A stretch of 63,429 nucleotides of DNA, filler included, from Lenisia limosa (GCA_001655205.1; 15 parts of 15 records of this genome joined end to end with filler, not necessarily neighbours in it), one strand, 5' to 3'. Counted from the first letter of the whole stretch, positions 12,821-25,255 are shown. Translations and numbers: made by a program. Notes: generated from the letters alone by a model not told the origin.

Positions 12821-14181
12821 GTATGCTGTACAGAATCTCGCAGGAAAGGCATCCATCTTGTCAAACTTTATATAAAACAAAGGTGATGATTGAAGTGGAA
12901 GGGAAGTAAAGTGTGTTGGTACATTTCAGATATGTATGAATTTGATAAACCAGATTTTCACCTCGGAGTTTTGGTCAATGCACTTACTTAGGCGAATGTA
13001 AGACCTCTTGTTACAAGTTCTCTTACGGCTTTTCTCAGCCTACAAATAAATAAGTTACTTTTAACTGCATCAACGAAATATCAAAAAAGGTTTTATCACC
13101 AACGTTGGTGAGGTCAAATTGCTGCTGAGCCACAGTTTATGTTTATGTTGGGCTCATTTAAAGATGTTCTCAAGCTTAAATTTATAAAATGGTACTTTAT
13201 AGCAGAGAGAGATCACAATCTTGCTCTATACTTCTTCTCCTTGGTTTCTGCATCTATATTTTGACAAGTTATTATTAATGAGCAGGGTGTTGGACTGATT
13301 TATGACGATTTGGTGAATTTATTTTGAAAATTGAAATACACAGACTGGTTGGGAATCCGAGCCGAGTTTCTGGTTTACCAACTTTATAGCTTCACTGGAA
13401 CCGGGAAGAACCGGTCCTTTTTCCGGTTCTCGCTTCTCAGATTTTGAAAATTGAGTTTCTGTTCCGGTTTCCGTGAGGAAAACAACGAGACCGAGGTCGA
13501 GTTGTTTTCCTTTCTGAGTAAGAGGACCTTCTCACGAGCCACCTCCACGAGTTGAGCGGAACATAGTGCAGCGTATGAGTGGAAGTGGCGAGTGAGAAGA
13601 CTCCTCTACGATAACTCGAATTTTCCAAGTTTTGTGATATATTATTTTCTCTTTTTCTAATTTAGGGAGGTGATACTATGTATATATATCATATTGCAAT
13701 GCAAGCAAAATTAGTCAAAAAAAAACCTCTTTATAATCCCGTTTCTTTGTTGTATAAAACGTCCTGGTTCCGGTTATCGGATAGAGAAGCTATTTTTTTC
13801 TTGCTCGTATATTATACCGGTCTTGTGTTTCCCTACTCCTTAGGTTTACATTGTTTATTCACTTAGAAACTCGAGTTCATTCCCTACAAACCCCAACCAA
13901 GCTGGTTTTTCCTTCGATTACACAAGAAGGTGTTCCGCGTAACGCTATTGAGAGGTGCGGTTACTGTTTTATAATCAGATATCATATAGTATTATATGAT
14001 ATATGATATATGGTTCATAGTATTTGCATATTAAATTACAAACGAATAGTATAAATGAGATGATATGAGCTATCGTATAATAGAAAATGATGTTTTATGC
14101 TTCTAATAGTTAGATCAGAGCGACAACATATAATTTATCGCAAAAAAAGTGACAAAAAAATAAATAATATATGTGATGGGT

Positions 14182-14221
14182 CAAAATGCGGATCAGTGGA
14201 CAAAATGCGGATCAGTGGACA
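14182..14221. repeat. 19-bp tandem repeat at contig end
   Basis: caaaatgcggatcagtgga twice, then truncated by the spacer. Confidence 0.85.
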
Positions 14222-14326
14222 NNNNNNNNNNNNNNNNNNNNNNNNNNNNNNNNNNNNNNNNNNNNTTAATTAATTAANNNNNNNNNNNNNNNNNNNNNNN
14301 NNNNNNNNNNNNNNNNNNNNNCCCAG

Positions 14327-17005
14327 GTCTTGGCAATGTGTACTTGTGGGGCAACGGCGGGCACTATCGGATGCTAAGCGCAGTTACTACCGATGTGAAT
14401 ACACCAACCCGCGTGGGAGGGGCATATTGTATATTGATTGTACTAGCTGGGAAGCAGCAGGAAGCTGTGTGCGCAGAGTTGTAAATTGTGTATTATTAGA
14501 GTGTCGTGCAATTAATTACAATTATTTTTATTTTGGATAAAATAATTACACCCACCCCCTCTGTATCGGTGCTCCATCACCTGATTTTGGCTAAGGTTCA
14601 ATTTCACATCACCATCTTGCCAAACGTCCTTGTATTGTTAGTATTGTCTTTTCACCATATCACATTGTGTATACTCTTCTAACACCATCACCATCTTGCC
14701 AAATCATCACCCCCCCCCTCACAGGTGACGCTCCCAGTTGGTCGCACCGCAAAGGACCTCCAGATTTACTGGAGCGCGACAGCCGTTTTAATGGGTATGT
14801 GTTAGCTGTATTTTATTGTTAGTTGAAGCGGAGTCCAAAAAATGGTGATTGTAGGGAAATTCATCTCACACCCCATCTAAGTAATGTAACATATAGTCAA
14901 AGCTGTTGTTAAACATTAGAAGAGAAGCAGAGAGGAAGAGAGGGAGGACCCATCATCAGAAAATTGTTGCCTAAAACTGTCCACCCCAGACCCTAAATCG
15001 TATTAACTAGGTTACAGAAATCATTTGGACTCCCGCTTTGACCTTGCAATTAATTGAGATAATTGATAATATTTTTTTTATTTTTTTTCGAAATATTACC
15101 AATTATTTGTCATTGCGTATTATGATGATTTGAATTATTCTACCGCAGTAGACTACATGCACATACATCATATGATATATTCTGCTGTAATAGATTGTGT
15201 ATGCGTTATATTATATCCCAAGGTTTCATTTATTGTTTCACACACACACACAAGCAATGCAAGCCCCCCTCCCCAGCGTATGTATTATGCATATCATGTA
15301 TTATTCCCTCTCATAAATCTTCCATTTTTACTCCCAGAAGCGACGGGCCTGGGCTTTGTTTGTTTTNNNNNNNNNNNNNNNNNNNNNNNNNNNNNNNNNN
15401 NNNNNNNNNNNNNNNNNNNNNNNNNNNNNNNNNNNNNNNNNNNNNNNNNNNNNNNNNNNNNNTTTTGAAAGTTTCCCTTTTTTTAACCCCCCCCTTACAC
15501 CCCAGACGATGGAACGCTTTATGGATCCGGAGAAACCACACACTATACCCTTGGCCTGACCGCTGGGTCTGATGTCACCCCTCAGGTACGCTGGAGTGAT
15601 GGGATGCGGTGTAACAGCGACCGACCTGGACTTTCTTTGTTTGTTGTTCTCAACCCTCGTGTGTTGTCAGCGGACAGTTGATTTGGGCCTTTTTTTATTT
15701 CATATTTTCCAATTTTGGACTCTGCAATTAATTTATGGAGGAAATTAAATGATTCACTTCGAAATTTAGTACGCCTTCGTCCAGATAAAACCTTGTTGTA
15801 TCATTAGCTCTGTGTATTGTTGTTAATTTTCCCCAGGTTCTACCAAGTGCTGGCGTTGTGGGCTCAATTGGAAAGTTCTGTGACGCCAAGGGGAGAGTTG
15901 CTGGCCTCTTATCGGGTGGGGGGGCTTGTTCGAAAATGGAGTAGAATTTGCTTTGCTGTCGTAACATATTGGAAAGCATAGTGTATAACCATATTTATCA
16001 AGAATATACGGTGACAGGGATAAGTCTTGACCTATTTTCCTTCGGCTCTCTACTGATGAGGGTTGGAAACTATTTCGACCCAAAAATTCGACGTCTTTTC
16101 TTCACAAATCCCCCACAATCAGTTCAATTAGCCTCCTTTGACACCTTTTCTTGAGGCAAAGTCGTCGAACTTTTTCGGTTCCAACATTTCCAACCTCCTA
16201 GCGACAATAATAGGGATAGGGGGAGGGAGTTGCCATCTCCGATTATTTCCCTGAGATATCAGCATGGGGTCTTTTCCCTTCCGAAAAATTAAAACAAACA
16301 ACATAAATACTCTCCTGAAATGTTGATATCTTCTACCGGTAGTTCAGAAGTGACTATATCAAAATCATAAAATTTGCATTATTTTAGATTAAAATTACAA
16401 TTTTGGTGAGAGTATATTTCTGACCATGTAGAAACGGGCACGATGTACACACGTGGTATTTATACGACCAGTCGCTGTGGTGCTGTTGCCAGCGCTGCTT
16501 TCGAGAAAGTGGCAGGGGGGCATTATGTGTAATCCAATATTATCTCAAATAAATGTGATGGTGTGGACGGCTACGGTCTGTTACTATCATACTCTGTTTC
16601 TCATCTCTACATTTCTTACATTGCAGGTGGAAGGAACTGACGATAACGTCTCCGAATGCGCTTGTAACTACTACGGCTGTTCCTTTGTTACGAGTGGGTG
16701 TTGGATAGGGCTCCCAAAAATGACAAAAATCATAATTATTGACCGATGATTTTCGGCCAATGATTGTCTGGTTAAGTATCAATATTTTCTGGTCTGTTTT
16801 GGACGTAGGGAAGGGAAGGCCAAACTATGCCAGTACTATACAGTGACCGGGATAAGTTTTTGACCGATTTGCTATGTGATTTCACAAGGAAAATAGGTCA
16901 AGACCTTCCCGTCACTGTATTATCTGACATAATAATATGATATAAACACCACTCCCCCAATAATGTTTTCAGAGGCTGGAGACGCGTATCAATGCGGTAA
17001 CACCC
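14327..17005 (+). CDS. RCC1/BLIP-II repeat beta-propeller protein (partial)
   Basis: Exons 14327-14412, 14725-14794, 15506-15585, 16627-16693 and 16973-17005 join in phase: GNVYLWGNGGHYRMLSAVTTDVNTPTRVTLPVGRTAKDLQIYWSATAVLMDDGTLYGSGETTHYTLGLTAGSDVTPQVEGTDDNVSECACNYYGCSFVTKAGDAYQCGNT, about three RCC1-type repeats. Confidence 0.8.
15590..15720 (+). repeat. Family C intronic repeat (long form, next to a donor)
   Basis: gagtgatgggatgcggtg...gtgttgtcagcggacagttgatttgggcctttttttatttcatattttccaatttt. Confidence 0.8.
16841..16917. mobile_element. MITE family B (77 bp, CAGTG...CACTG TIR, TA TSD; Tc1/mariner-type ends)
   Basis: TA|CAGTGACCGGGATAAG...GACCTTCCCGTCACTG|TA with ~28-bp imperfect TIRs. 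Confidence 0.85.
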
Positions 17006-19089
17006 GTAAGATGGCTTGATTGTGAACATGGGTATATTATATGGAACGTAATAAAGTGATTTTCTGGTTTATTTTGATTCTGCTTTCTTCATGTTCATTT
17101 GGTTAGAGCTTTTTGACTGTTTTGTTGTTCAATCATTACTCCCTTTCATATTTTTTTCTGGATTTCTTTGTTGACTTTTTAAACCGCTGTGCTGCCAGCT
17201 TCCTAACCACAGTCAGTAAATGGCACTTATTCGGGAAAGTTTCCCCTAAGTTTATTGCATAACGCTGTCATCCAGATTAGCGATTAGAATACCAACATTA
17301 CGTACTTGGACTTTGTAGCAATCATTTGTCATCAATGGCAAGAGGGGGATCATAAGCATCGCGCCAGGCGGCAGTGACGGCGGTGAGGAAGGGACGGACC
17401 TTGGTAATGGGATCCCAAACATCTCCGACCTTGCAGCGAAATGTAGCACACGGTTGACCTTAAAAAAAAACCAAGAAAGGAAGGGGCAATAGGAGTTATG
17501 AAAAGTCATATTTTTGTTCAAAAATAAATGCTCTTAAATCCCAATTTCCTATTTAAAAAAAAAAAAAAAAAANNNNNNNNNNNNNNNNNNNNNNNNNNNN
17601 NNNNNNNNNNNNNNNNNNNNNNNNNNNNNNNNNNNNNNNNNNNNNNNNNNNNNNNNAGGTCTTCAGCGTGATGATTTTCATAACGGCATACTCTTCTGAC
17701 AAATTCCTTGATGCCCTTTGACACGAAGGCTGCTGGGGTTGTCTGGTCCTTGAGGGTTTTGCCTTCCAGGCCGCGATCCTTCAGACGGCCGGGGCCAATA
17801 TCGGTATCAAGGCTTCAAGGAGCTGCGATATACGAATTACATAAAACAAAGGCAGTAAGAATCGAGCAAACATAATTAAGATACGGAACCTGAAAACTCA
17901 ATATTGAGATAAAGGTCTCGCCGGATTCGGTCAACAGCTGCCGCAGTGTCAACACCCATCACGCAGTCGATCGCAGCCAAGGCAGTAGGTACAGTTTGAA
18001 CTCTGTTGGCATTTTCCTGGAAACTACTAAATGTGCACACACTTTGGCTTGATGTGGATCAATATTCAGCCTCTAGACGAACAACACCCCCCCCCCCGCG
18101 AAAACAAAAANNNNNNNNNNNNNNNNNNNNNNNNNNNNNNNNNNNNNNNNNNNNNNNNNNNNNNNNNNNNNNNNNNNNNNNNNNNNNNNNNCTGTCCTCC
18201 AGGAGCGCATTTTTACGGAATTCCATGCAGTTCTCGAACTCTGATAAACAAAGGAAAACACATAAATGTAAATGCAGATAAAGACGGAATCGTACATGTG
18301 GTTGGTGCATGTGCAAGAGTAGCGAACTCCTGTTACAAAAGTCCAACAGTAAACCAGGAAGTGTGAACATTCCAGCCTTGGTGACACCACTCAGGCCCTC
18401 TGCCATCTGCCACCGTCACCACCAAAAAGGTTGGCAATGGTGTGCCTGTTGCTCACCACCTAAATAATCTGTCAGAGAGACTGACACAAGTAATAATACA
18501 TACCAGCCTAAATAATTGTCAGAGACTGACACCAGTAATAACCATACCGACTTGCTTTGGGCGGGAGCATCGGCAACGGCCATAATTTCGGGTCTTCTGG
18601 CCAGGTTATGAATAGAAGGAAGATAAAAAGGAAATCAAAAGGTTTTATTGTGTTATATGATATGGTAGTGAAAATCATGATTTTAATCCAAAAATCTGGG
18701 TAAAAATTTTACGTGGAAATACTTTTAATGTTCCCTCCGTGATTGTCATTTTTTCACCCACCACCATTTCACTTCTTTTATTTTCCCAAAGTTGTTTTTT
18801 TTTTGCCACTTCAGAGCTTTTTATTATTATTATTTCNNNNNNNNNNNNNNNNNNNNNNNNNNNNNNNNNNNNNNNNNNNNTTAATTAATTAANNNNNNNN
18901 NNNNNNNNNNNNNNNNNNNNNNNNNNNNNNNNNNNNCCGTTCACCCCGATTTCGGCCGTGCCGGATTCGGCTATTGCCTCTCCTCAGGTATGCGCAGTAG
19001 TATGTGGCCGGGCTGTTTTAGGTGGACACCGTAAATGTTTTGTTCATAAAGGTAATAGGTAGGACCGAAAATGACGTTCAACATATCTA

Positions 19090-19179
19090 GGGCTTCACTT
19101 TGGTTCGAATAATACCTTCAATATTGATAGTTTTCGAGGATTTATCGAGAAATTCATTTTTCGAACCGAAGTACAGCTC
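19090..19179. mobile_element. MITE family A copy
   Basis: ta|gggcttcactttggttcgaa...ttcgaaccgaagtacagctct; matches the family A consensus. Confidence 0.8.
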
Positions 19180-21253
19180 TAAATATCAATATTTATCGAA
19201 AAATTCAGTCTTTTTTGGGNNNNNNNNNNNNNNNNNNNNNNNNNNNNNNNNNNNNNNNNNNNNNNNNNNNNNNNNNNNNNNNNNNNNNNNNNNNNNNNNN
19301 NNNNNNNNNNNNNNNNNNNNNNNNNNNNNNNNNNNNNNNNNNNNNNNNNNNNNNNNNNNNNNNNNNNNNNNNNNNNNNNNNNNNNNNNNNNNNNNNNNNN
19401 NNNNNNNNNNNNNNNNNNNNNNNNNNNNNNNGAAATCATAGAACAAATCGGAAAAGACTTACTACGTATACTCTTTATGGCGCGCCATATACTATTTATC
19501 ATATCAGAGATCCTCAACTCCCAAAAATAATACATATCTCACATTCCAGGCCTCCCCACGCACCAATAACCCCCCGTTCAACTCGCAACTCAGCTCTTGT
19601 AGGCCTTGGTAGTCTATAGAGTGTTAGCTTGTCATTTTGTTATTGTCTGACCCCCCAGATTAATCTTTTTTACCATCATCTTCCCGAACATTTTAGCTCC
19701 CTGATCAATCATTTTTTCAGTGTTTACCTCTGACTTATCATTTTTTACCCGAACCAATCATTTTTCACTATCTGCCCGAGTCATTGTTTGTTCAGTCTAC
19801 CCGAGAAATTTTTTTTTTTCATTATATCCCCGACTAATCATTGTTTTCATTATACCCGAACCTAATTTTTCATGACGTCTTGTATTTTGTGTTTCAGTGT
19901 TTACCCCAGACCACCAATTTTATTACAAATGTGCACGTGTTTGAACTAAGTACACATTGTATATTACAAGCACCACTGGGGGAATCCTCGAAAACTATCA
20001 ATATTTTACCGGTATTTTCGAACCGAAGTGAACCCCTAGGTATCTCAGAGCTGAGCGGCTTGGCGTACAAATGGTATCTTGCTGATTTTTTTCAGACTCT
20101 TCAGCCAGTTCCATGATATCATCCCCGGGTACTCCACCTAACGTGTCGCCTCTCTCTCCGGGGTGAGTTCGGGGGAAGGTGGAATATTTTGAAAGTATTT
20201 TCTCTTTGGATTGAATTTTTCTGTAATGAATTTGCCCAAGAATACGGATTGAATTCCCCCAGAATACGGAGTATTTCCCTGTAAAAATTTTCCTTGCCTA
20301 GTTTCACAAATATCTATAATTTCTAGGGATGGATTGCAAAATTTGAAGTGAGACATTATACATTCAACTCGAACTTCAGACACTTTAATTTCAATTTTTG
20401 TCAAATAATTTCCTCCTAATTTCCCTGCATTCATAATTGCCTATTCATAATTGCCTAATTTCCCTGTTCTTATAATGGCACAGGTCGCCCCTCCCCCAGC
20501 CCAACGATGACGATATTCGACACCAAATCCAGTCAGTTTGCAGAGACCTCAACTCACAGCTGACTCATGTGAGGGGGGTATCTCACAGCAGAGTTGATTT
20601 TGGATTGTTTTTTTTTTTTTGTTGTTTTCATATATTTTGTTTTTTTCTTTGTGTCTGAGCTATTCTCTGTTTGACATTCGTTCTTTATCTATTGAACTCT
20701 CTGCTGGTCCGGCATAACACTTCCATTGACCCCCCCCCAGTTTATACTTTATTTTACCTGGCTAACCCCCCAGTTAATATCTATCTGGGNNNNNNNNNNN
20801 NNNNNNNNNNNNNNNNNNNNNNNNNNNNNNNNNTTAATTAATTAANNNNNNNNNNNNNNNNNNNNNNNNNNNNNNNNNNNNNNNNNNNNTATATCACCTC
20901 CACCCCCTTTGGTTAGAACTGTTTGATAGTCTGTGTTATCGCAATGTTATGTCTCTCTGTTGTATTTCCCAATCAAAACTCTATTTATTTCTCACCTCCT
21001 CAGTCTGTTGGGCCTGTGCATCCACCCCCCGTCTTCACCTCGGCTGTTGTCGACTTAAACACCGACCCCTCCAGTGACGCCCCCATTGCCGCACCCTCAT
21101 CCACGGACGCGTTTCCACGCCAGTCTCAGGTGGGTAGCAGCCAGTTGGGTAGAGCATCCCTGCAGTCCCACAAAAGACTGACTTGCTCAATAAATCTGCA
21201 ATAAATATCGATATATTTTTCAGACGGTAGGGAAGTCCTATATGTGGGTCCTC

Positions 21254-21655
21254 AAAGCTCCGGACAGCATTCAAAATTCACCGGACACATCAAAACTTCC
21301 GGACAGCTTGAAGTTGACCCCTTGTATGGGTCAACGGTAGTGTTTAATACAAACTGAATTTTGAGAGAAAAATGTTCAAAATAGTGCTTTCTACAAGGTC
21401 AAACTTTCCCGGATAGTTGCCCTTTATTCCTTGAATGTGGCCGATTATAACGGTTTTGGTTAGTTTTGGCAGTTTAAGGGCCACAAACGGGTAGCCAAGT
21501 GACTTAATTTGGGTTTGAGCCAAGAATATGTAAAAACCGCATTCAATCCTGTGATTATGACTGAAATTACATAACATGAAAATGAAGTTTATAGCACTTT
21601 TATAGGGCCGGGAGTTTTGATGTGTCCGGAGATTGTGAATGATGTCCGGAGCTTT
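21254..21655. mobile_element. ~400-bp non-autonomous TIR element
   Basis: aaagctccggacagcattcaaaattcaccggacacatcaaaacttcc (21254-21300) is an imperfect inverted copy of 21611-21655; repeated CCGGACA units; family A copies on both sides. Confidence 0.65.
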
Positions 21656-22056
21656 AGGGATTCACTTCAGCCGAAGTATCAAAATCTATCGAGGATTTCT
21701 CGAGAAATTGTCTTTTTATTGAAACATAAGCCCAATCTTGATCACTACCACGTTGATGACAGCCGCAGAATGCCCGGCGGAACTACCCCACAAGCCTTAT
21801 CGGCTGGCTGATCAGAGTTGACCCACCCAAGCCTCAAATTGTGAGTGTGGATTATGGGAAGAAGCAATTAATCGGACATGTGAGCAGTTCTACTCTTCCA
21901 TGGTTAAGTTTCCAGCAGGGCTCTGGCATGGTACATTATCATTCGCCTTCTATCAACAATCATGTTATATTATTCTCTTGACTTCTTGGTGAATTCGGTG
22001 AAAATATTAGGAGAGTTTGGTTAATCCTAGTTATGAGCCCTATTTGGTTTTTACAG

Positions 22057-24828
22057 CTGTTTGGATTGCCACTGACAACCTTATTCATCTGGAACCTGGA
22101 CCCCTTCACTATCCAGGATGGCTTTGCAGTGGATCGAATCAACTTAACAATCGGTTCGCACATGATTGGCAGAGGGGTGTTCCTCCCCCAGAAACACAAG
22201 ATGGTTTCAAATGTACATGCACAGGTAAGCTCAAAGCCGCACTGTTTGAACCTCACAAATCTGAAAGCCGAGTACTCATCTCATAAAGTATAAAAAAGGA
22301 ATCTTAAATGCAGTAGTTTGTTTAATGGTAGTTTTATTTCAGTAAAAGAGGAACGTAAACAACGACAGTAAAAGTGAGTATTCAATTGTAATATCGTAAA
22401 TACGTTATGAGTTCAGTTCATCTGATATTTGGTTCACAAAATAAAATACAATTCCTCTTTTGAAATTTTGAGTCCCACCCTCCTCATCCCAGGTCAATTC
22501 CTAAACTAGGCTCTTTATATATCTTCAATATACAATAGGGCTCCATGAAGGGTAGGTGTTCTGGGGTTTTCAAGCCCCAAACACAATCGTCTGACATGGT
22601 TGTCCTCCTGACATTGCAATCCCAGTTCCCAAATATACCAGACTCGCAATCTCCATAATACTCATATGAATAAGAAATGGGTATTGAAAGGTTTTCTCAC
22701 TCAGTCAACAAATAATCCATCCCTTACACTTTCACACACGATAGACGATACTCCCACTTACCTAAAATATTAGAGGAATACGAGAAATTCAAAATAAGTT
22801 ACATATTTTGAGATAGTAACATGTTATCAGTTTACATAACCTCGAACTACTGTGAAATAAAATACAGTGACTGGGATAAGTCTTGACCTATTTTCCTTGG
22901 GAAGTCACGTAACAAATCGGTCAAGATTTGTCCTGGTCCATGCTTTAAGTCCTAATCTGCAATATTCCGTGTATAAGTCATCTCTAATGTACATCTCCTG
23001 ACAGTTTTTGGTTCATGCTTCCCTGTATAATTAATCGAAAATAGGCAACAGGGACTCCCTGTCAATTGCTGGTTATTCAGGTTTATATAAAATAAAAAAC
23101 TAAGGAGTTCCTAGGACTTCACTTCAATTCGAAAAAAGACTGGACTTCGCAATAAATCCTCGAAAACTATTGATATTTCCCGAAGTGAAGCCTTGCTAAC
23201 GAGTATAGATTGTAGTTCATCCCGACGGCTCGGTGTACGTGCAGTGCTTAGGCCGACATATGCCGGGTGTCTTATCGTCAAGAGACGCCAAGGGCAATGA
23301 GGGTCTCCCCTACCCTGTCAAGGAAGGCAAAATCTGCCTCATACCTGGGGACACGGTCTACTTTCTTCATAAGTAGGCCTTCGTAAGTAAAAATACAGCT
23401 GAATGAATATTATAATTGACACAATACAATCTTTTTTTTAAATGGTTAACCACCCTACCCCAGCATATTATTCTTGTTGCCGTTGTACTATCCACACTGT
23501 GAGGGTGAATTAATATTATACAGTAATTCAATATCTTGTATAAGCGTGATGGTGTGGACGGCTTCAGTCAGATACTATAATTCAATATCTCGTATAAGCG
23601 TGATGGTGTAGACGGCTTTGGCCTTGGTTTTTACTCATGGCATGGACGGCTTCAGTCAGATACTATAATTCAATATCTTGTATAAGCGTGATGGTGTAGA
23701 CGGCTTTGGCCAGATACAACCTTGGTTTTTACTCATGGCATGGACGGCTTCGCCAGATACAACCTTGTTTTTTGTATTTCTCATTGCTATGTATACCGCA
23801 CTGTTCTAACAGCCCAGTGCCTTCCACTATCAATACGTTGCCACCAATGCAAACCACTACAAACGTCCAAAGTCCCAACACGCTCAAGTTTGCGAATATC
23901 TCACTGGCTCATTATTTGCAACATATTTTCTTGAGTAATATATCATAATCTATTGAAGTGAAACACCAATTGTACCAACATATTTGACAAGTGAGCTCCA
24001 ATTGACATTGTAGATCATCCAGGCCGCGCGGAACAGAATCCGGGAATCCCACCCAGCAAGTCTCACACCCTCCCAAGTGGGTTTCTTATTCGAATTGACA
24101 CTTACCTTTTTATCATTGTTTCTCCTCCGGGTGTATGTATTTTTTTTTTATTTTTTTTTTGTTTCTTCCAAGGTACCCGAAGGTTAATAAAGGTGACAAT
24201 ATAATGTTGATCTTTTCACGCTTTCTTCCTGTTTTTTTGCATGTTACTATTACATATATATAAGTGCTGCCAATTGTTTCAGAATTTGACGGGACATATT
24301 GCAATGAGAACTCCATTTCAGACACTTTAATTAAAAAAATTTGCAATGAATTTCTACAAAGCCCTACATAGCTCAAATACAATGAAACATCCAAAGTCCA
24401 ACCTCATCCTTTAGGATCGGGAAGTACAGGTGCTGGAATGCACAGAGGCGCTGAAGCTTCTAGAAGACCGGGAAATTTCGGTATGAATCGGGGGTCTGTT
24501 ATCCTCAATATTGGGCAAAGCTACCTTTATATTTTCCTTCCCATTTCTATATGTATTCCAGCACATGAAGGGGCAGGGGTGAAGAATGACTCGGTCACGC
24601 ATGAGCGGGTGAATGAAAAACAAATACTCTCGTTTAAGCGTGATGGTGTGGATGGAGCAGATACACCATTTTTACATTATCCATTTCTCAAAGTATATTT
24701 TGTTGTGCCTGAGTTGATAGAACTACTTTTATCACATTGATGCGAGGGTTTTCTGCAAAACTTATCTTTTAGTTGGAGTCTGAGCTCACCCAAATGAGAG
24801 AGTACCATGAACAAGTCAAGGTGATTGG
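22057..24828 (+). CDS. FHA-domain protein (partial)
   Basis: Exons 22057-22224 and 23209-23372 join in phase 0: RINLTIGSHMIGRGVFLPQKHKMVSNVHAQ|IVVHPDGSVYVQCLGRH...ICLIPGDTVYFL, with the FHA GR and SxxH motifs. Later phase-0 exons give IIQAARNRIRE, DREVQVLECTEALKLLEDREIS and LESELTQMREYHEQVK. Confidence 0.72.
22300..22859. repeat. ~560-bp dispersed repeat, copy 1
   Basis: Highly similar by eye, with small indels, to 31444-32005; lies in an intron of the FHA gene. Confidence 0.9.
22865..22940. mobile_element. MITE family B copy
   Basis: ta|cagtgactgggataagtcttgacctattttccttggg...aatcggtcaagatttgtcctggtc; degenerate right end. Confidence 0.75.
23114..23192. mobile_element. MITE family A copy (internally deleted), just upstream of a branch point/acceptor
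   Basis: ta|ggacttcacttcaattcgaaaaaagac...cgaagtgaagcc followed by ttgctaac...tag|exon at 23209. Confidence 0.75.
23525..23790 (+). repeat. Family E repeat, local tandem amplification (five GACGGCTT cores)
   Basis: Rearranged copies of aatatcttgtataagcgtgatggtgt(g/a)gacggctt(c/t)(g/a)g(c/t)cagatac. Confidence 0.85.
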
Positions 24829-25136
24829 GGTACCTTCACCCTCACCCACCAGAGTTGATTTTGAGTTGCATAAATTTCTCATTTTTTGTTTTGGTTTTTG
24901 CGTTGCCTAGATTTTCCCTTTTTNNNNNNNNNNNNNNNNNNNNNNNNNNNNNNNNNNNNNNNNNNNNTTAATTAATTAANNNNNNNNNNNNNNNNNNNNN
25001 NNNNNNNNNNNNNNNNNNNNNNNCATGGCGCCTAAGAAGAGAATCGGAAAGACCGCTACGGCCCGGTCCCAGACGGTCAGAAAACAGGTCCCGGTTCAGG
25101 TTGGTTACCGGTGCATCTTCATATCACATACTACTA

Positions 25137-25233
25137 GGGTTTCACTTCGGTTCGAAAAAAACTCGGGAAAATATCTATAGTTTTCGAGGATTTATCGAGA
25201 CATTCAGTCTTTTTTCGAACTGAAGTGAAGCCC
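25137..25233. mobile_element. MITE family A, full-length (97 bp)
   Basis: TA|GGGTTTCACTTCGGTTCGAAAAAA...TTTTTTCGAACTGAAGTGAAGCCC|TA; TIR ~25 bp, TA on both sides. Confidence 0.9.
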
Positions 25234-25255
25234 TACATAATACAATATGTACAAG

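Noticed and set aside
17815-17817. In-frame TGA in some hand-spliced frames (here and near 10140 and 21816), suggesting TGA recoding
   Set aside because: The Trp codons I checked in the intact MACPF and TFIIB genes are all TGG. The 10140 case disappears with the correct splice phase. The others are better explained as true stops, wrong frames or decay.
17270-18450. Minus-strand gene with protein-like exons (DRIRRDLYLNIEF; GLEGKTLKDQTTPAAFVSKGIKEF)
   Set aside because: Phases conflict, there is an in-frame stop, and two gaps prevent a supportable model.
18937-20790. Ser/Pro-rich plus-strand exon candidates
   Set aside because: Short and low-complexity, with no domain and no consistent phase chain established.
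22757-22772. TTTTAG|GTAAGT (minus strand) resembling a recursive splice site in the 560-bp repeat
   Set aside because: A single short motif, antisense to the host gene and expected by chance.
23525-23790. Spaced repeats resembling a CRISPR array
   Set aside because: The 'spacers' are themselves repeated, unit lengths are irregular, the context is a eukaryotic intron, and no cas genes are present.
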